Below are positions 15,659 to 26,490 of a DNA stretch of 64,000 nt, one piece after another; position 1 is the first letter of the stretch, and each line of letters begins with the position of its first letter. The position numbers and the translations under genes were made by a program. Location: positions 64,001 through 128,000 of the IMG/VR virus record IMGVR_UViG_2974736276_000001; one strand, 5' to 3'. Under the pieces are notes generated by a model that was given only the letters and a program-made list of their open reading frames with translations, searched no databases and had not been told where the DNA came from. Source of the DNA: a virus. Its lineage: Duplodnaviria; Caudoviricetes.

Positions 15659-17616
15659 TGGCAACTACAACTAATCAACCAGTAAATTATCAATTAACAC
15701 GCACCGTGAATGCTATCCCTGATGTATTTTCGGGTGCTACATTTGAAGAAATCAAATCAGATCTTTTGGACTGGATTTCTTCTCAAGACGAGTTCAAGGA
15801 TTATGATTTCGTTGGTTCTCGTTTAAACATTCTTTTGGATTTACTTGCGTATAACACACTTTATATTCAGCAATTCAGTAACACTGCTGTATATGAATCA
15901 TTTATTCGTACTGCAAACTTACGTAGTTCAGTAGTTCAAGCTGCACAAGACGCAGGATATTTCCCAGCATCTAGATCAGCTGCAGAATCAGCAATTCTTT
16001 TAACATGCACTCACAGCTTAAATCCAACGAGTATTCGCATTCCTCGTGGTACTAAGTTCCTGGCTTACGCTCGTGATGCATCTGCTGATCCATATTCATT
16101 CGTTGTTCTAGAAGATGTTATTGCAGTACGTGACATCAATTCGCAGTATTTGCCTATTGTTAAATTGGCGCAAGGTAGATTTATTCGTACTCAATTAACA
16201 TACGATCCAGCTACGCCTATTTTAATTCGCGATGAAGACATTGATCGAAATCAAGTTCGTGTATTTGTCGATGGCGCAGAATGGACTAACTGGACGCGTA
16301 AATCAATGGTGCATGCTGGTTCAGCATCTACAATTTATTACATGCGCGAGACTATTGACGGACACACTGAATTTTATTTCGGTGAAGGTACTCAAAACAC
16401 TGACGTTACTTCGGGTGTATTGAATGTTAACTATGTTGGTGGCCTTAAACCTCTGCAAGGCGCTACAGTTGTTATTGAATATCTTCGTACTGACGGTGAA
16501 GAAGCAAACGGTGCTACTGATTTTAGTTATGCAGATTCACTTCAATATATTTCGGTAGTTAAAGTCACAGAGAATTATGATAGCTCTGCGGATTATGTAG
16601 GTGCTGATGGCGGCGGCGATCCAGAGAATATTGAGCGTATTCGTGAATTGGCTGTAGTTAAGCGTGAAGCTCAAATGCGTGCAGTAACAGCTACTGATTA
16701 TGAAACATTCGTATCTGAAAGATTTGGTTCTATTGTTCAAGCAGTACAATGTTTTACTGACAATAACAAACCTGGTTATGCATTCATCGCTATTAAACCT
16801 AAATCAGGATTACTTCTTACTCAGGTTCAGCGTGAAGATGTACAAGATTATCTTGCAGATTATAATCTTGCACCTATCACTCCAGCTGTTATTTCACCAA
16901 ACTATCTGTTTTTGAAACATGATATTAAAGTGACTTACTCTGTGAATAAACTTCAAGAATCTGAGCAGTGGTTGCAGAACCAAATCATTACTAAAATTGA
17001 TGATTATTATACTGCTGATGTAGAAGTGTTTAATGCTTCATTCGCTAAATCCAAGATGCTAACTTATATTGATGAAGCTGATCATAGTATTATCGGTTCT
17101 AATGCAACTATCAGTATGGTTCGTGAAGTAGATAACTTCTATTCTACTCCTGAATCTGGTATTAAATATTATAATACAGTATCTTCTCAATCAGTTGTAT
17201 CTGATGTCTTCTCATTCATTGCAACAAGCGAATTATCGTATGACATTAGAATCGCTGCTACTGCGGCTGATGCATCTGGTGATGGTAAAATTGTCGTAGG
17301 TCCATTCCGCGATGGTGATATCACAGAGAATGAAAACATAAAGCCATACACAGGAACAGATTTTAATAAATTGACAGTGACTGACGGCCGCGATAAATAT
17401 TACGTGATTGGTGAAATCAATTACTTCTCGGATTACATTTACTGGAACTTCGGTGCCATTGATGTTGAATCAGATAAGTTTGAAGTCCAGTCAATCGAAT
17501 TATTCGCTGGACCAACATCAGATGTCATTTTCTCTAGTGATGGTTCATTAATTGTATTTGAGAATGATCTTCGTCCTCAATACACCACGATTACAATGGA
17601 GCCTATTACCCAATGA
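15658..17616 (+). CDS. 6: baseplate wedge gp6
   Basis: DLLAYNTLY, RAVTATDY. Confidence 0.96.
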   Translation: MATTTNQPVNYQLTRTVNAIPDVFSGATFEEIKSDLLDWISSQDEFKDYDFVGSRLNILLDLLAYNTLYIQQFSNTAVYESFIRTANLRSSVVQAAQDAGYFPASRSAAESAILLTCTHSLNPTSIRIPRGTKFLAYARDASADPYSFVVLEDVIAVRDINSQYLPIVKLAQGRFIRTQLTYDPATPILIRDEDIDRNQVRVFVDGAEWTNWTRKSMVHAGSASTIYYMRETIDGHTEFYFGEGTQNTDVTSGVLNVNYVGGLKPLQGATVVIEYLRTDGEEANGATDFSYADSLQYISVVKVTENYDSSADYVGADGGGDPENIERIRELAVVKREAQMRAVTATDYETFVSERFGSIVQAVQCFTDNNKPGYAFIAIKPKSGLLLTQVQREDVQDYLADYNLAPITPAVISPNYLFLKHDIKVTYSVNKLQESEQWLQNQIITKIDDYYTADVEVFNASFAKSKMLTYIDEADHSIIGSNATISMVREVDNFYSTPESGIKYYNTVSSQSVVSDVFSFIATSELSYDIRIAATAADASGDGKIVVGPFRDGDITENENIKPYTGTDFNKLTVTDGRDKYYVIGEINYFSDYIYWNFGAIDVESDKFEVQSIELFAGPTSDVIFSSDGSLIVFENDLRPQYTTITMEPITQ

Positions 17617-20600
17617 CTATAAAAGCACCCTTCGTTACCAGTTTACGAATTGGTAAGCTGTCAGCGAATCAGGTACTTATTCAGTGGGATAGCGTTGGTT
17701 CTAATTTCTATTACTTTGTAGAAATTGCACAAACTCGTGATCAGAATGGGGTGGAGTTATCCACCTCTGATTATCAGTGGCGTAACCTCGGCTATACACC
17801 AGATAATGACTGGTTCGAAGAAACATATATTACCCCTTTGTCATATTTCAAAATGCGTGTTAGTGTTGCAGCTGAAGGGTTTGATCGCTCAGATTGGGTT
17901 ACGACTGAAGAGTTCCAGACTTTTGAAACCAATGCATACACATTCGAAATGATGAATGAACTGACATTGGTAAATAAATTCATCTCAGAAAAATTTACAA
18001 AAAATAACACGAGTTACGTTGATTTCAATACTGATACTATCGTAGCTTCTTTGATGAATGAATCATTCCAATTCAGTACAGAATATTCTGATATTTCTTC
18101 TATCAGCAACTATATTGTGTCTGAAGATGAGTATCATGAAATTCAAGGAGAAATCGAGAAGGTTTGCGTAGATAAAGATCGTACTATGCTTGCCGAGATC
18201 GATGGTGTCCTTTACTTATTTGAAAGATTCCAACCGGTTGTTAAAGTTTCTCAAGACAAAGGACAGAACTGGTACTACGTCAAGTTGTTCAATGATCGTG
18301 TAGGGAACCCAGTATCAAGAACATGTATCTACCAATCAGTTAATACTTCTTATGTTCTAGGATACGACAGGATCTTCTATGGCCGTCAATCTAACGATGT
18401 TAGATGGTCAGCTGATGATGTTAGATTCTCATCTCAAGACGTTACATTTGCGCAGCTCGGTGATCAGTTACATCTAGGATTTGATGTTGAAATCTTTGGA
18501 ACATACGCACGTTTACCTGGTGACGTAGCGAAATATGCTGAAGCATTAGCATGTACTGACGATAATCTGTATGTAGTTTCTCGTGATACAGTTCGTTATG
18601 TTAAATTAAGTAATGCTCCGATCGATACAGATCCGACTAGCACTACTTTCGGTGAAAAATTATTTGAGACAGACGTCCTGAATATCACAGGAAATGATAA
18701 AGCTGTCTGTTATAAAATGGATTCAATTAACAACAAGTTATATGCATTGATAACTGGTGAAGTAAAATCATATGGTCTGGACCCAACAGTGCCAGCTAAC
18801 GTGATTGATTCAGAGTCAAAAGGTGTTTATATTCTTGATGGCGATAAGTTCGTTCGTATCTTTGGTAATACCGAAGAAGAACGTCGTCGTATTGAACATA
18901 CCTGGACTAATATGTCTACTAATGGTGATGAAATATTCTTTAACTCAGCAGATTTCCGTTTCAATAATCTTGTTGCTGATCCAGAAACTGTAGCAAAATA
19001 CTCTGATCACGTAACATCAGCCGTGAAGTATATCCAAGACATTGAATTTCATCATCAGAAGCATTACAATATGATGTCATTCAGAGCTGGTATTGATTCT
19101 GATTATAGAACATTTACTCCAGGTCGTATGAGATATTACGCTGAGCCTTGGTTCAATTACATGCGCCGTAGCGGTGGACGTAACTGGATTAATAACTCTA
19201 ATCACGCAGTGGTAGTCTACAATGATGTTATCTTCCAGAAGAATGTAGAGAACTATGGTCCTTCATCTCCTAGTCGTATAACTCATGAAGTCTGGAATAA
19301 AGGCGAAGCCACATTCACCATGCCTAATGTTAATTTCAATGGTTTCATTAAATACGCATCTGGTGTTATGTTCCATAAAACATCTGGTGAATTGATAGCG
19401 TTCTATCAATTCAATTATCGTGTACGTGATGATGTAGATATTCTGTGGAAACCTAAGAACATCTTCTTCACTGCCGAATTGCAGAATCAGACGCATGAAA
19501 CTCCCTGGACTCCAGAAACTGATTCAGGTTTACGTGACCCAGACCTTCGTCCTCTGTTAAACAAGATGATGCCAGATGCTTATCTGCTTGAAGATTCTAA
19601 TTTCGAGAAATTCTCTGAGTACTATTTGCAGTTCCTTTCTGATGGTTACGGAACGAGCTACAATAACTTGTTGAATTTAATTCGTAATAAGTATCCTCGT
19701 GAAGAGCATGCATGGGAATATCTGTGGTCTGAAGTTTATAAGCGTAACATTTACTTAGACAAAGCTCGCCGCGATGAAGTATCAAGATTCTTTGAATCTC
19801 GTCGTTCAGATTTCTATTCGACTAAAGGTATTGAAGATTCATATAAATTCCTTTTCCGTCTTTTGTACAATGAAGATGTTGAAATTGATATTGAATCCAA
19901 GAATACTACCGAATATGACATCATCGTTGATTCTAATAACGTAAGTCAAGATCTAATTGGTAGAACCATTTACACTCCTTCTGGACGTTGTAATGTTACT
20001 TATGTTGAACGTAGCTACGTTAAAGGTAAGCTTCAGTGGACAATAACTATCCACAATATGTTAGGTCGATTCATTGTCGGACAAGAAGTTAAATCTGAGA
20101 ACTCAGCGTTTGAAGGTATGATTGTTCGTGGTGTTCGTGGTAAAGAACTGATCAGTAATTCAATCGATTACATCAATCGCGATCGTAGCTATTATGTAAT
20201 GAGAATTCGTTCAGTACTTCCTACTTCACGTTGGAAGAATGACGTATTGCGTTTTGTTCATCCAGTAGGCTTTGGATTTATCGGTGTCACTCTGTTAACG
20301 ATGTTTATTAACGTTGGACTAACGATGAAGCATACTGAAACTATTATCAATATGTACAAGAACTATCGATTCGATGCAGGTATTCCTACGATGTGGCCTG
20401 ATAGAATTGCTTCACTTGACGCTAATGGTAATATAGAACATGACCCAATCAACGGCAAACCATTGTATTTGACTTCTCCTAACGCTGGTAAAGAATTCCC
20501 TGTGCCAGATGATTATAACGAAGAGAACAATGATTCAATGCTCTGGGATTTAAATCCTACTGAACGTCGTAGAGACATGAGCCCATTATTCGATCAGTCA

Positions 20601-20708
20601 GCTGTTACTTTCTCTCAGTTCAGAGATTTAGTCAACAAGCGTTTGAAAGACGACATTGGTAATCCACGCGATCCAAGTGATCCAACACAGGTTCTAATAG
20701 ATGAGTGA
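17613..20708 (+). CDS. 7: baseplate wedge initiator gp7
   Basis: 1031 aa, DFYSTKG, FVHPVGF. Confidence 0.96.
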   Translation: MTIKAPFVTSLRIGKLSANQVLIQWDSVGSNFYYFVEIAQTRDQNGVELSTSDYQWRNLGYTPDNDWFEETYITPLSYFKMRVSVAAEGFDRSDWVTTEEFQTFETNAYTFEMMNELTLVNKFISEKFTKNNTSYVDFNTDTIVASLMNESFQFSTEYSDISSISNYIVSEDEYHEIQGEIEKVCVDKDRTMLAEIDGVLYLFERFQPVVKVSQDKGQNWYYVKLFNDRVGNPVSRTCIYQSVNTSYVLGYDRIFYGRQSNDVRWSADDVRFSSQDVTFAQLGDQLHLGFDVEIFGTYARLPGDVAKYAEALACTDDNLYVVSRDTVRYVKLSNAPIDTDPTSTTFGEKLFETDVLNITGNDKAVCYKMDSINNKLYALITGEVKSYGLDPTVPANVIDSESKGVYILDGDKFVRIFGNTEEERRRIEHTWTNMSTNGDEIFFNSADFRFNNLVADPETVAKYSDHVTSAVKYIQDIEFHHQKHYNMMSFRAGIDSDYRTFTPGRMRYYAEPWFNYMRRSGGRNWINNSNHAVVVYNDVIFQKNVENYGPSSPSRITHEVWNKGEATFTMPNVNFNGFIKYASGVMFHKTSGELIAFYQFNYRVRDDVDILWKPKNIFFTAELQNQTHETPWTPETDSGLRDPDLRPLLNKMMPDAYLLEDSNFEKFSEYYLQFLSDGYGTSYNNLLNLIRNKYPREEHAWEYLWSEVYKRNIYLDKARRDEVSRFFESRRSDFYSTKGIEDSYKFLFRLLYNEDVEIDIESKNTTEYDIIVDSNNVSQDLIGRTIYTPSGRCNVTYVERSYVKGKLQWTITIHNMLGRFIVGQEVKSENSAFEGMIVRGVRGKELISNSIDYINRDRSYYVMRIRSVLPTSRWKNDVLRFVHPVGFGFIGVTLLTMFINVGLTMKHTETIINMYKNYRFDAGIPTMWPDRIASLDANGNIEHDPINGKPLYLTSPNAGKEFPVPDDYNEENNDSMLWDLNPTERRRDMSPLFDQSAVTFSQFRDLVNKRLKDDIGNPRDPSDPTQVLIDE

Positions 20709-21711
20709 TTCAAGTGTAATTTATCGTGCTATTGTCACATCTAAATTCCGTACTGAAAAGATGCACAATTTTTATCAAAGTACAGGTGACGGTGAAGACA
20801 AGAACTCGTTATACGTTACATTCGGAAAATCTAGCCCATGGGCAGATAATGAATCGGAGGCGGGGTTTGCCCCGCCATATCCTTCCGATAATACGAATGG
20901 CGTAGTAGATATGTGGACAAATATGCTCGGTGCAGTAAAGGTTCTTCCTTCAATGCTCGATGCAATTACTCCACGAAAAGATTGGGGCGATATTGATTAT
21001 CCGAACCCTAAAAACTTCCATATTGGCGATATCGTAGTAAGTAATAGCGCTCCTTACAATAGGACTGACGTTGGTGCTGGTTGGATGGTTTATCGTTGTG
21101 TAGATGTTCCATCAGTCGGTACATGCTCAATTACTGATATCAAAGCTAAATCAGAATGTATTATGCTTGGTGGAAAATGGACTGCTTCGAGTGAAGCTAT
21201 TTATCCTCCAGCGGGACGAGGCGATACCGTAGGTTCTACTGAAGTTAATATGGGCGATGGTTATCTTTGGGAATTCTTATATGAGATTCCACCTGATGTT
21301 TCTATTAACAGATGTACGAACGAATATATTGTTGTGCCTTGGCCTTCTGAAGTTGAAGAAGATCCTAAACGTTGGGGATACGATGTAAACCTGACATGGC
21401 AGCAAGATGATTACGGTGTAATTTATCGAGTAAAAGCAAATACCATTCGATTCAAAGCTTATCTTGACTCGGTGTATTTCCCTGAAGCATCTCTTCCCGG
21501 TAATACAGGATTCCGCCAGCTTTCAATTATTGTTAACCCGTTGGAAGCTAAAGTTAAATCAACAGATCCTAACGTTAAAGCTGAAGATCTTTACTATAAT
21601 GTCATTGATCTAGAGCGTCAATCTGGTGAAATGATTTACATGGAAAATCGTCAACCAATTATTCGTGCTATGGACCAAAGCGAAGAAGTTAACATCATCT
21701 TCGAATTCTAA
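20701..21711 (+). CDS. 8: baseplate wedge gp8
   Basis: IYRAIVTSKFRTEKM, GDGYLWEFLY. Confidence 0.96.
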   Translation: MSDSSVIYRAIVTSKFRTEKMHNFYQSTGDGEDKNSLYVTFGKSSPWADNESEAGFAPPYPSDNTNGVVDMWTNMLGAVKVLPSMLDAITPRKDWGDIDYPNPKNFHIGDIVVSNSAPYNRTDVGAGWMVYRCVDVPSVGTCSITDIKAKSECIMLGGKWTASSEAIYPPAGRGDTVGSTEVNMGDGYLWEFLYEIPPDVSINRCTNEYIVVPWPSEVEEDPKRWGYDVNLTWQQDDYGVIYRVKANTIRFKAYLDSVYFPEASLPGNTGFRQLSIIVNPLEAKVKSTDPNVKAEDLYYNVIDLERQSGEMIYMENRQPIIRAMDQSEEVNIIFEF

Positions 21712-21713
21712 TT

Positions 21714-21735
21714 AAGGGACCTTCGGGTCCCTTTT
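21714..21735 (+). terminator. intrinsic terminator (UUCG)
   Basis: AAGGGACC-TTCG-GGTCCCTT-TT. Confidence 0.85.
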
Positions 21736-21741
21736 CCCGTT

Positions 21742-21749
21742 TATAAATA
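21742..21749 (+). promoter_or_regulatory. late promoter (gene 9)
   Basis: TATAAATA. Confidence 0.85.
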
Positions 21750-21777
21750 TTACTATGATTAATATTGAGGTACTTTT

Positions 21778-22644
21778 ATGGCTATCCAGAACGCAGATAA
21801 AAAACAGCTTATAGATGTCGGTGAGATTGGTAATGCCTCTACCGGCGATATTTTATTCGATGGTGGTGAGAAAATCAACGCTGTCTTCAATCAGATGTAT
21901 AACACCTTCGGTAATAAGACTCTATCAGAAACTGCAGAAGGTGTAGGCCTACAAACTCTTTACGGTACTGGATATTTCCAGAAAGGAACTCAATTAGAGC
22001 TCTCTGCTGTAATTCCTAATGGCTCGCAATATGATATTGACACAAGTTCGGGATCACAGATAATTCGTTTATCAAAGGGTGTTCGTGGCGAATTTGTTCG
22101 TTTCTCTAATTCAAATGGTAGTTGGTCTGTTAATAATCCTTTGCTTATTTCAGCGAATGACTCATTTAAAGGTATTTCAGGCCAATTACGTGTTACTTCG
22201 CCATATTCTATTGTTGAATGCTGGTGTATTTCAGATGCTAATGGTGTTTCAACTTGGGACTACTCAATTAAGAGTATGTTTGGTGATGGTGTTGCTGCAA
22301 TTAACACTACTGTTGAATTGACTACTGAAGCAAAAACTTTAAGCATTTGCCATAAGTCTGAATATAACTTAATTAAACTTTTAATGACCGCTTCTTCTAT
22401 AACAGGAAGTAAGCAGAAATCATCTGAAGTAAATCTATTAGTTGATGCAGTTAATAACATCGTTTATAACACAGAATTCGCTTCTATCAGAGTCGGTGGA
22501 ACAAATGACGATGATGAAATTTATGACGCAACTTTTTCAATTAATGCTTCAGGGTTTGTCACAGTAGCAGTTAGAACAAGTACCGCAGGTATGAAGCTCG
22601 CTATTAAAACTATCGATACACAGAAAATCGGGGTATCTCAATAA
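21778..22644 (+). CDS. 9: baseplate / long tail fibre connector gp9
   Basis: IDVGEIGNASTGDILFDGG.KIN. Confidence 0.95.
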   Translation: MAIQNADKKQLIDVGEIGNASTGDILFDGGEKINAVFNQMYNTFGNKTLSETAEGVGLQTLYGTGYFQKGTQLELSAVIPNGSQYDIDTSSGSQIIRLSKGVRGEFVRFSNSNGSWSVNNPLLISANDSFKGISGQLRVTSPYSIVECWCISDANGVSTWDYSIKSMFGDGVAAINTTVELTTEAKTLSICHKSEYNLIKLLMTASSITGSKQKSSEVNLLVDAVNNIVYNTEFASIRVGGTNDDDEIYDATFSINASGFVTVAVRTSTAGMKLAIKTIDTQKIGVSQ

Positions 22645-24461
22645 TGAAACAAAATATATCGGTCGGTAATGTTGTTGATGACGGTACAGGAGATTACCTT
22701 CGTAAAGGTGGTCTTAAAATCAATAACAACTTTGACGAATTATATTACGAATTAGGCGATGGTTCAACTCCATTTTCTGCCGGTGCTTGGAAAACTTGGA
22801 AAGTAACTGACGGTACTACACTGAATATTAAATTCGGTCAATCTTATGTAGTTAATACCCAAGAAGGAAATATCAACGTAGTACTTCCTAAAGGTACTCC
22901 GTCAGATTACAATAAAGTTGTTCGTCTGCGTGATGTGTTTAGCACTTGGAATAAAGAACCAGTGTCAGTATCTCCTGCTTCTGGCGATACCATGAAAGGC
23001 TCAGCTGCTCCAGTTATTTTCAATAAGAACTTACAAGATCTGGAATTAGTTTACTGCTCTCCTGGTCGTTGGGAATATCTTGAAAATAAATTCGTCAACA
23101 AGATTACAAGTTCAGATCTTTCAGTTGTGACTAGCAAATCATTTATTGCTACTGAAGGTCAAACAGATTTCCTAGATATTCTTGAAGGTAATTCCTACAA
23201 TGTCTTGAATACTTGGGTTTATCGCCGTGGTAACCGCCTGTATTATGTTGCTCCAAATAATACCTACGATGCAGATAACTCAGACTTCGGTTCACCTGGA
23301 ACAGCTGACGGTGAATTGGTTATTCTGAACGGTAAAGATATTCGTCTTAAAGTTCCATGTACTGAAGGTGAAACCATCGTTATTGAAACTTTCCTTGACG
23401 GTGTTAGTACTTTCCAAAGTTCTTATAACAGAGCTTCCATCCAGATGATGTCAAGTGATTTCACGACTGACAAGAGCGTATCTGGTGTTAGATGGGTAGG
23501 TGACCTTTCAACTAAGACATCTATCACTCTGGATGATCTGGGGATCTCTGTAGGTACTAACGTAAATCAGTATTCATTAGAAATTGTGCTAAATGGACGT
23601 CTTCTTACCCAAGCTGGCGATGCTAATCTTCCATTAGCTCGTTGTGATGGCGCATTTGGTCTTTCTGATGCAGAATGTTCAGCTAACGGTGGAATTTGGG
23701 TTGATTCAGACGCTGACTTCTCAATTTCACTTAATAATGATTTGGTTTCAGGATTTAATTTCGATCAACCATTTGAACATGGTGATATTCTAGTAGTTCG
23801 TTGGTACAATAATAACATCGGTACTACAATGGGTATTGATGAAATAACCGCGGTTACTGATTCACGATATGTTAACTCACAGGAAACTGTATCTTTAACT
23901 AATCGAATTGAATATACTGATTACACAAATCCTAGTCAGAAAACCAAACGTGCAGTGGCTGATGAAATCGGTGTAACTATTTCAAACGTTAGAATGATGT
24001 TTGATTCAATTTATCCAATCGGAACATTGTACACTAACGCACATAACCCTGCGAACCCTGCAGATTATATGGGCTTTGGTACTTGGGTTCTGTATGGACA
24101 AGGTAAAGCTTTAGTTGGTTGGAATTCTGATGAATCCGATCCGTACTTTGCTCTAAATAATAATGACCTCGATTCAGCAGGTATTCCTTCTCATTCTGCA
24201 GGCGGAACAGTAGGTACAACAAAGGTTGAGCTAAAAGCAAATAATATTCCTTCTCTTTCATCTACCGATAAAGTATTAATCGCAGATGATGACGGAACTA
24301 TTGTTGTAGGCGGATGCCAATTTGATCCTGATTCTGAAGGTCCTGGTTATGATAAATACCGTGAAGGTATAGTAACAGTTAATCCAGGAACAACTACTGC
24401 AGTAGAAGTGGAAATTATTCAACCTTCTGTAACAGGATATCGCTGGATAAGGGTAGCATAA
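22644..24461 (+). CDS. 10: baseplate wedge / tail pin gp10
   Basis: VDDGTGDYLRKGG, YPIGTLY. Confidence 0.95.
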   Translation: MKQNISVGNVVDDGTGDYLRKGGLKINNNFDELYYELGDGSTPFSAGAWKTWKVTDGTTLNIKFGQSYVVNTQEGNINVVLPKGTPSDYNKVVRLRDVFSTWNKEPVSVSPASGDTMKGSAAPVIFNKNLQDLELVYCSPGRWEYLENKFVNKITSSDLSVVTSKSFIATEGQTDFLDILEGNSYNVLNTWVYRRGNRLYYVAPNNTYDADNSDFGSPGTADGELVILNGKDIRLKVPCTEGETIVIETFLDGVSTFQSSYNRASIQMMSSDFTTDKSVSGVRWVGDLSTKTSITLDDLGISVGTNVNQYSLEIVLNGRLLTQAGDANLPLARCDGAFGLSDAECSANGGIWVDSDADFSISLNNDLVSGFNFDQPFEHGDILVVRWYNNNIGTTMGIDEITAVTDSRYVNSQETVSLTNRIEYTDYTNPSQKTKRAVADEIGVTISNVRMMFDSIYPIGTLYTNAHNPANPADYMGFGTWVLYGQGKALVGWNSDESDPYFALNNNDLDSAGIPSHSAGGTVGTTKVELKANNIPSLSSTDKVLIADDDGTIVVGGCQFDPDSEGPGYDKYREGIVTVNPGTTTAVEVEIIQPSVTGYRWIRVA

Positions 24462-25147
24462 TGACTAAAATTTTTAGTAAGACACGCGAAGGAGCCAAGG
24501 TTTATTCGCGTGAAGCAGATTATTTGGAATACCGTCAAGATAGCGATCCTTTGATCGCTAATACTAATGACATTGGTTCTGTTTCAACAGATCAACTTGA
24601 ATTAGGTGTAGAATATCCTACAATTCAGGGTGCAATTCAAGATTTAAAAACAGTAGCAGTTGGTAATATCGGTGATGTGAAAATTAACACTACCGGAAAT
24701 ATGCCAGGCGCAGTTTCTCAGGTAGGATCAGTTCAATTTACTGGATCAGTTAATATCATTAACACTAATTATGATCCAGAAAATCCTGTTGAATTAAAAC
24801 AGATTATCACTATTCTTGGCGTTCCTGTAGAAATAATTCAGGGCGAAACTGCTGACCAAGTCGCAGTTAAATTTGTTGCAGCTGCCCAGGAATATGAAAC
24901 AAAGGGAATTGTGTTTACTCAAATTCAGCAGAGTTCTTCTGATCCTACTGTAGTTGAATTTGTTCATGCTGATTATCGTGTTCATTCATATACAGACTTT
25001 TTGAAATATGGATTAACTGCAACATTCACAGTTTCTTCTCCACCACAAAATGGTCAGGGTTCATGGGTTTTACTAGGACAAGAATCAAAAACATTCACAG
25101 GCGCAACTGATCCAGTTACCCTTTATTACTATAAGAGATATGCGTAA
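24461..25147 (+). CDS. 11: baseplate wedge gp11
   Basis: SREADYL, synteny. Confidence 0.9.
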   Translation: MTKIFSKTREGAKVYSREADYLEYRQDSDPLIANTNDIGSVSTDQLELGVEYPTIQGAIQDLKTVAVGNIGDVKINTTGNMPGAVSQVGSVQFTGSVNIINTNYDPENPVELKQIITILGVPVEIIQGETADQVAVKFVAAAQEYETKGIVFTQIQQSSSDPTVVEFVHADYRVHSYTDFLKYGLTATFTVSSPPQNGQGSWVLLGQESKTFTGATDPVTLYYYKRYA

Positions 25148-26481
25148 TGTCACAAAATAACTTAAATCACTACAGTGACTTATCAAAATATAAAATCTTT
25201 GAGCCGGCCAATACTTCTTGGCCGGAAGATGTCAAAGATGTACAATCTGCGCTAGCATTAATCGGTGATTGGGCTCGTACAGACGTAGGTCTTCCAAATG
25301 CGACAGAATCAGTTGTAGGTGTTTCTCGATTAGCTACTCAACAGGAAGTTAATGATGGAGAAATTGATGATGCAATCGTTACTCCTAAAACATTAAAAGT
25401 TCGTCTTGGAAATCCAGTTGCAACTACAACAGTTCTTGGATTAACACAATACGCTACTAATGCTGAAGCGGCTGCATTAACTCTCGATACTCGTTCTATT
25501 ACTGCAGCTTCTTTAGGATATGTGTTTAATAACGTAACTGCAAATGTAAGTCGTTTTGGTACAGTTAAATTAACGAGTTCAGCTCAGGCACAAGCAGGAA
25601 CAGATGACACTTCTGCTACTTCTCCAGCTCGTGTAAAAGAAATGATTGCTAAATTTGCTCCAGTGGCGCCATCATATTCTACTGCAAACGAAACTACATT
25701 GGGATTAACCAGATTATCTACTATCGGTCAAACTCAACAAGGAACACTGCGTGATGGATTTGCTGTATCTCCATATTCATTTGTAAATTCTAGAGCGAAT
25801 CAAACTCTGGTCGGTACAACTCGTATGGCTACATTATCAGAAGTCAATGCAGGGAATGATACTACTATAGCAGTTTCTCCATCTACATTAATGAATGCTA
25901 GAGGAGCAATTAATAAGTATGGTGTAGTTAAATTATCAAATTCATATAACGGTGATGGTACTACTGCACTTGCATCTACTGCACCTGTAGTTTATAACAA
26001 CCTTCAAATTAATGGACACCCACTAACTGGAAACTTTAATATAACTTCTGACGATGTTTGGTGTTGGAATAGACAGCAATCAGATGATCGCTATCTTTTT
26101 AAAAATCAGGGTGGAAACTGGTCCCGTAGCTACGCAGCTAATTATGTTCAGGGCGGAAACTGGATGTCATACGGAACTGATGTTCCCGTTAATACTAAAA
26201 TGACAATTGTTATATCAGTTAAATTCCAGCGAAATAATGATGGCGAAACAAATAGATTCTTTAATTTTGATGTTAGAGTAAATGGCGTCACCAGATTTTC
26301 TGATGGTATAAATGTTTACAATAGCAAAGGCGGTAAGTCTGGACATTCATGGCGCTTCGAAGATTATGGAACTCGCCATTATGAAACATTTGATATTCCG
26401 CCAGGGGCTCTTATTCAGATTGTTCCTACAAATACATATCTAGTTGATTATTATGGTACGTCTTTCACTTTAAGTAATTAA
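25147..26481 (+). CDS. 12: short tail fibre gp12 with divergent C-terminal domain
   Basis: N-terminal HYSD..WP..VQSAL and AT..G..RLAT..E repeats. Confidence 0.9.
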   Translation: MSQNNLNHYSDLSKYKIFEPANTSWPEDVKDVQSALALIGDWARTDVGLPNATESVVGVSRLATQQEVNDGEIDDAIVTPKTLKVRLGNPVATTTVLGLTQYATNAEAAALTLDTRSITAASLGYVFNNVTANVSRFGTVKLTSSAQAQAGTDDTSATSPARVKEMIAKFAPVAPSYSTANETTLGLTRLSTIGQTQQGTLRDGFAVSPYSFVNSRANQTLVGTTRMATLSEVNAGNDTTIAVSPSTLMNARGAINKYGVVKLSNSYNGDGTTALASTAPVVYNNLQINGHPLTGNFNITSDDVWCWNRQQSDDRYLFKNQGGNWSRSYAANYVQGGNWMSYGTDVPVNTKMTIVISVKFQRNNDGETNRFFNFDVRVNGVTRFSDGINVYNSKGGKSGHSWRFEDYGTRHYETFDIPPGALIQIVPTNTYLVDYYGTSFTLSN

Positions 26482-26490
26482 GGAATAAAA

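Noticed and set aside
25290-25960. Repeated AT..G..RLAT..E units in gp12
   Set aside because: Known short-tail-fibre shaft repeats
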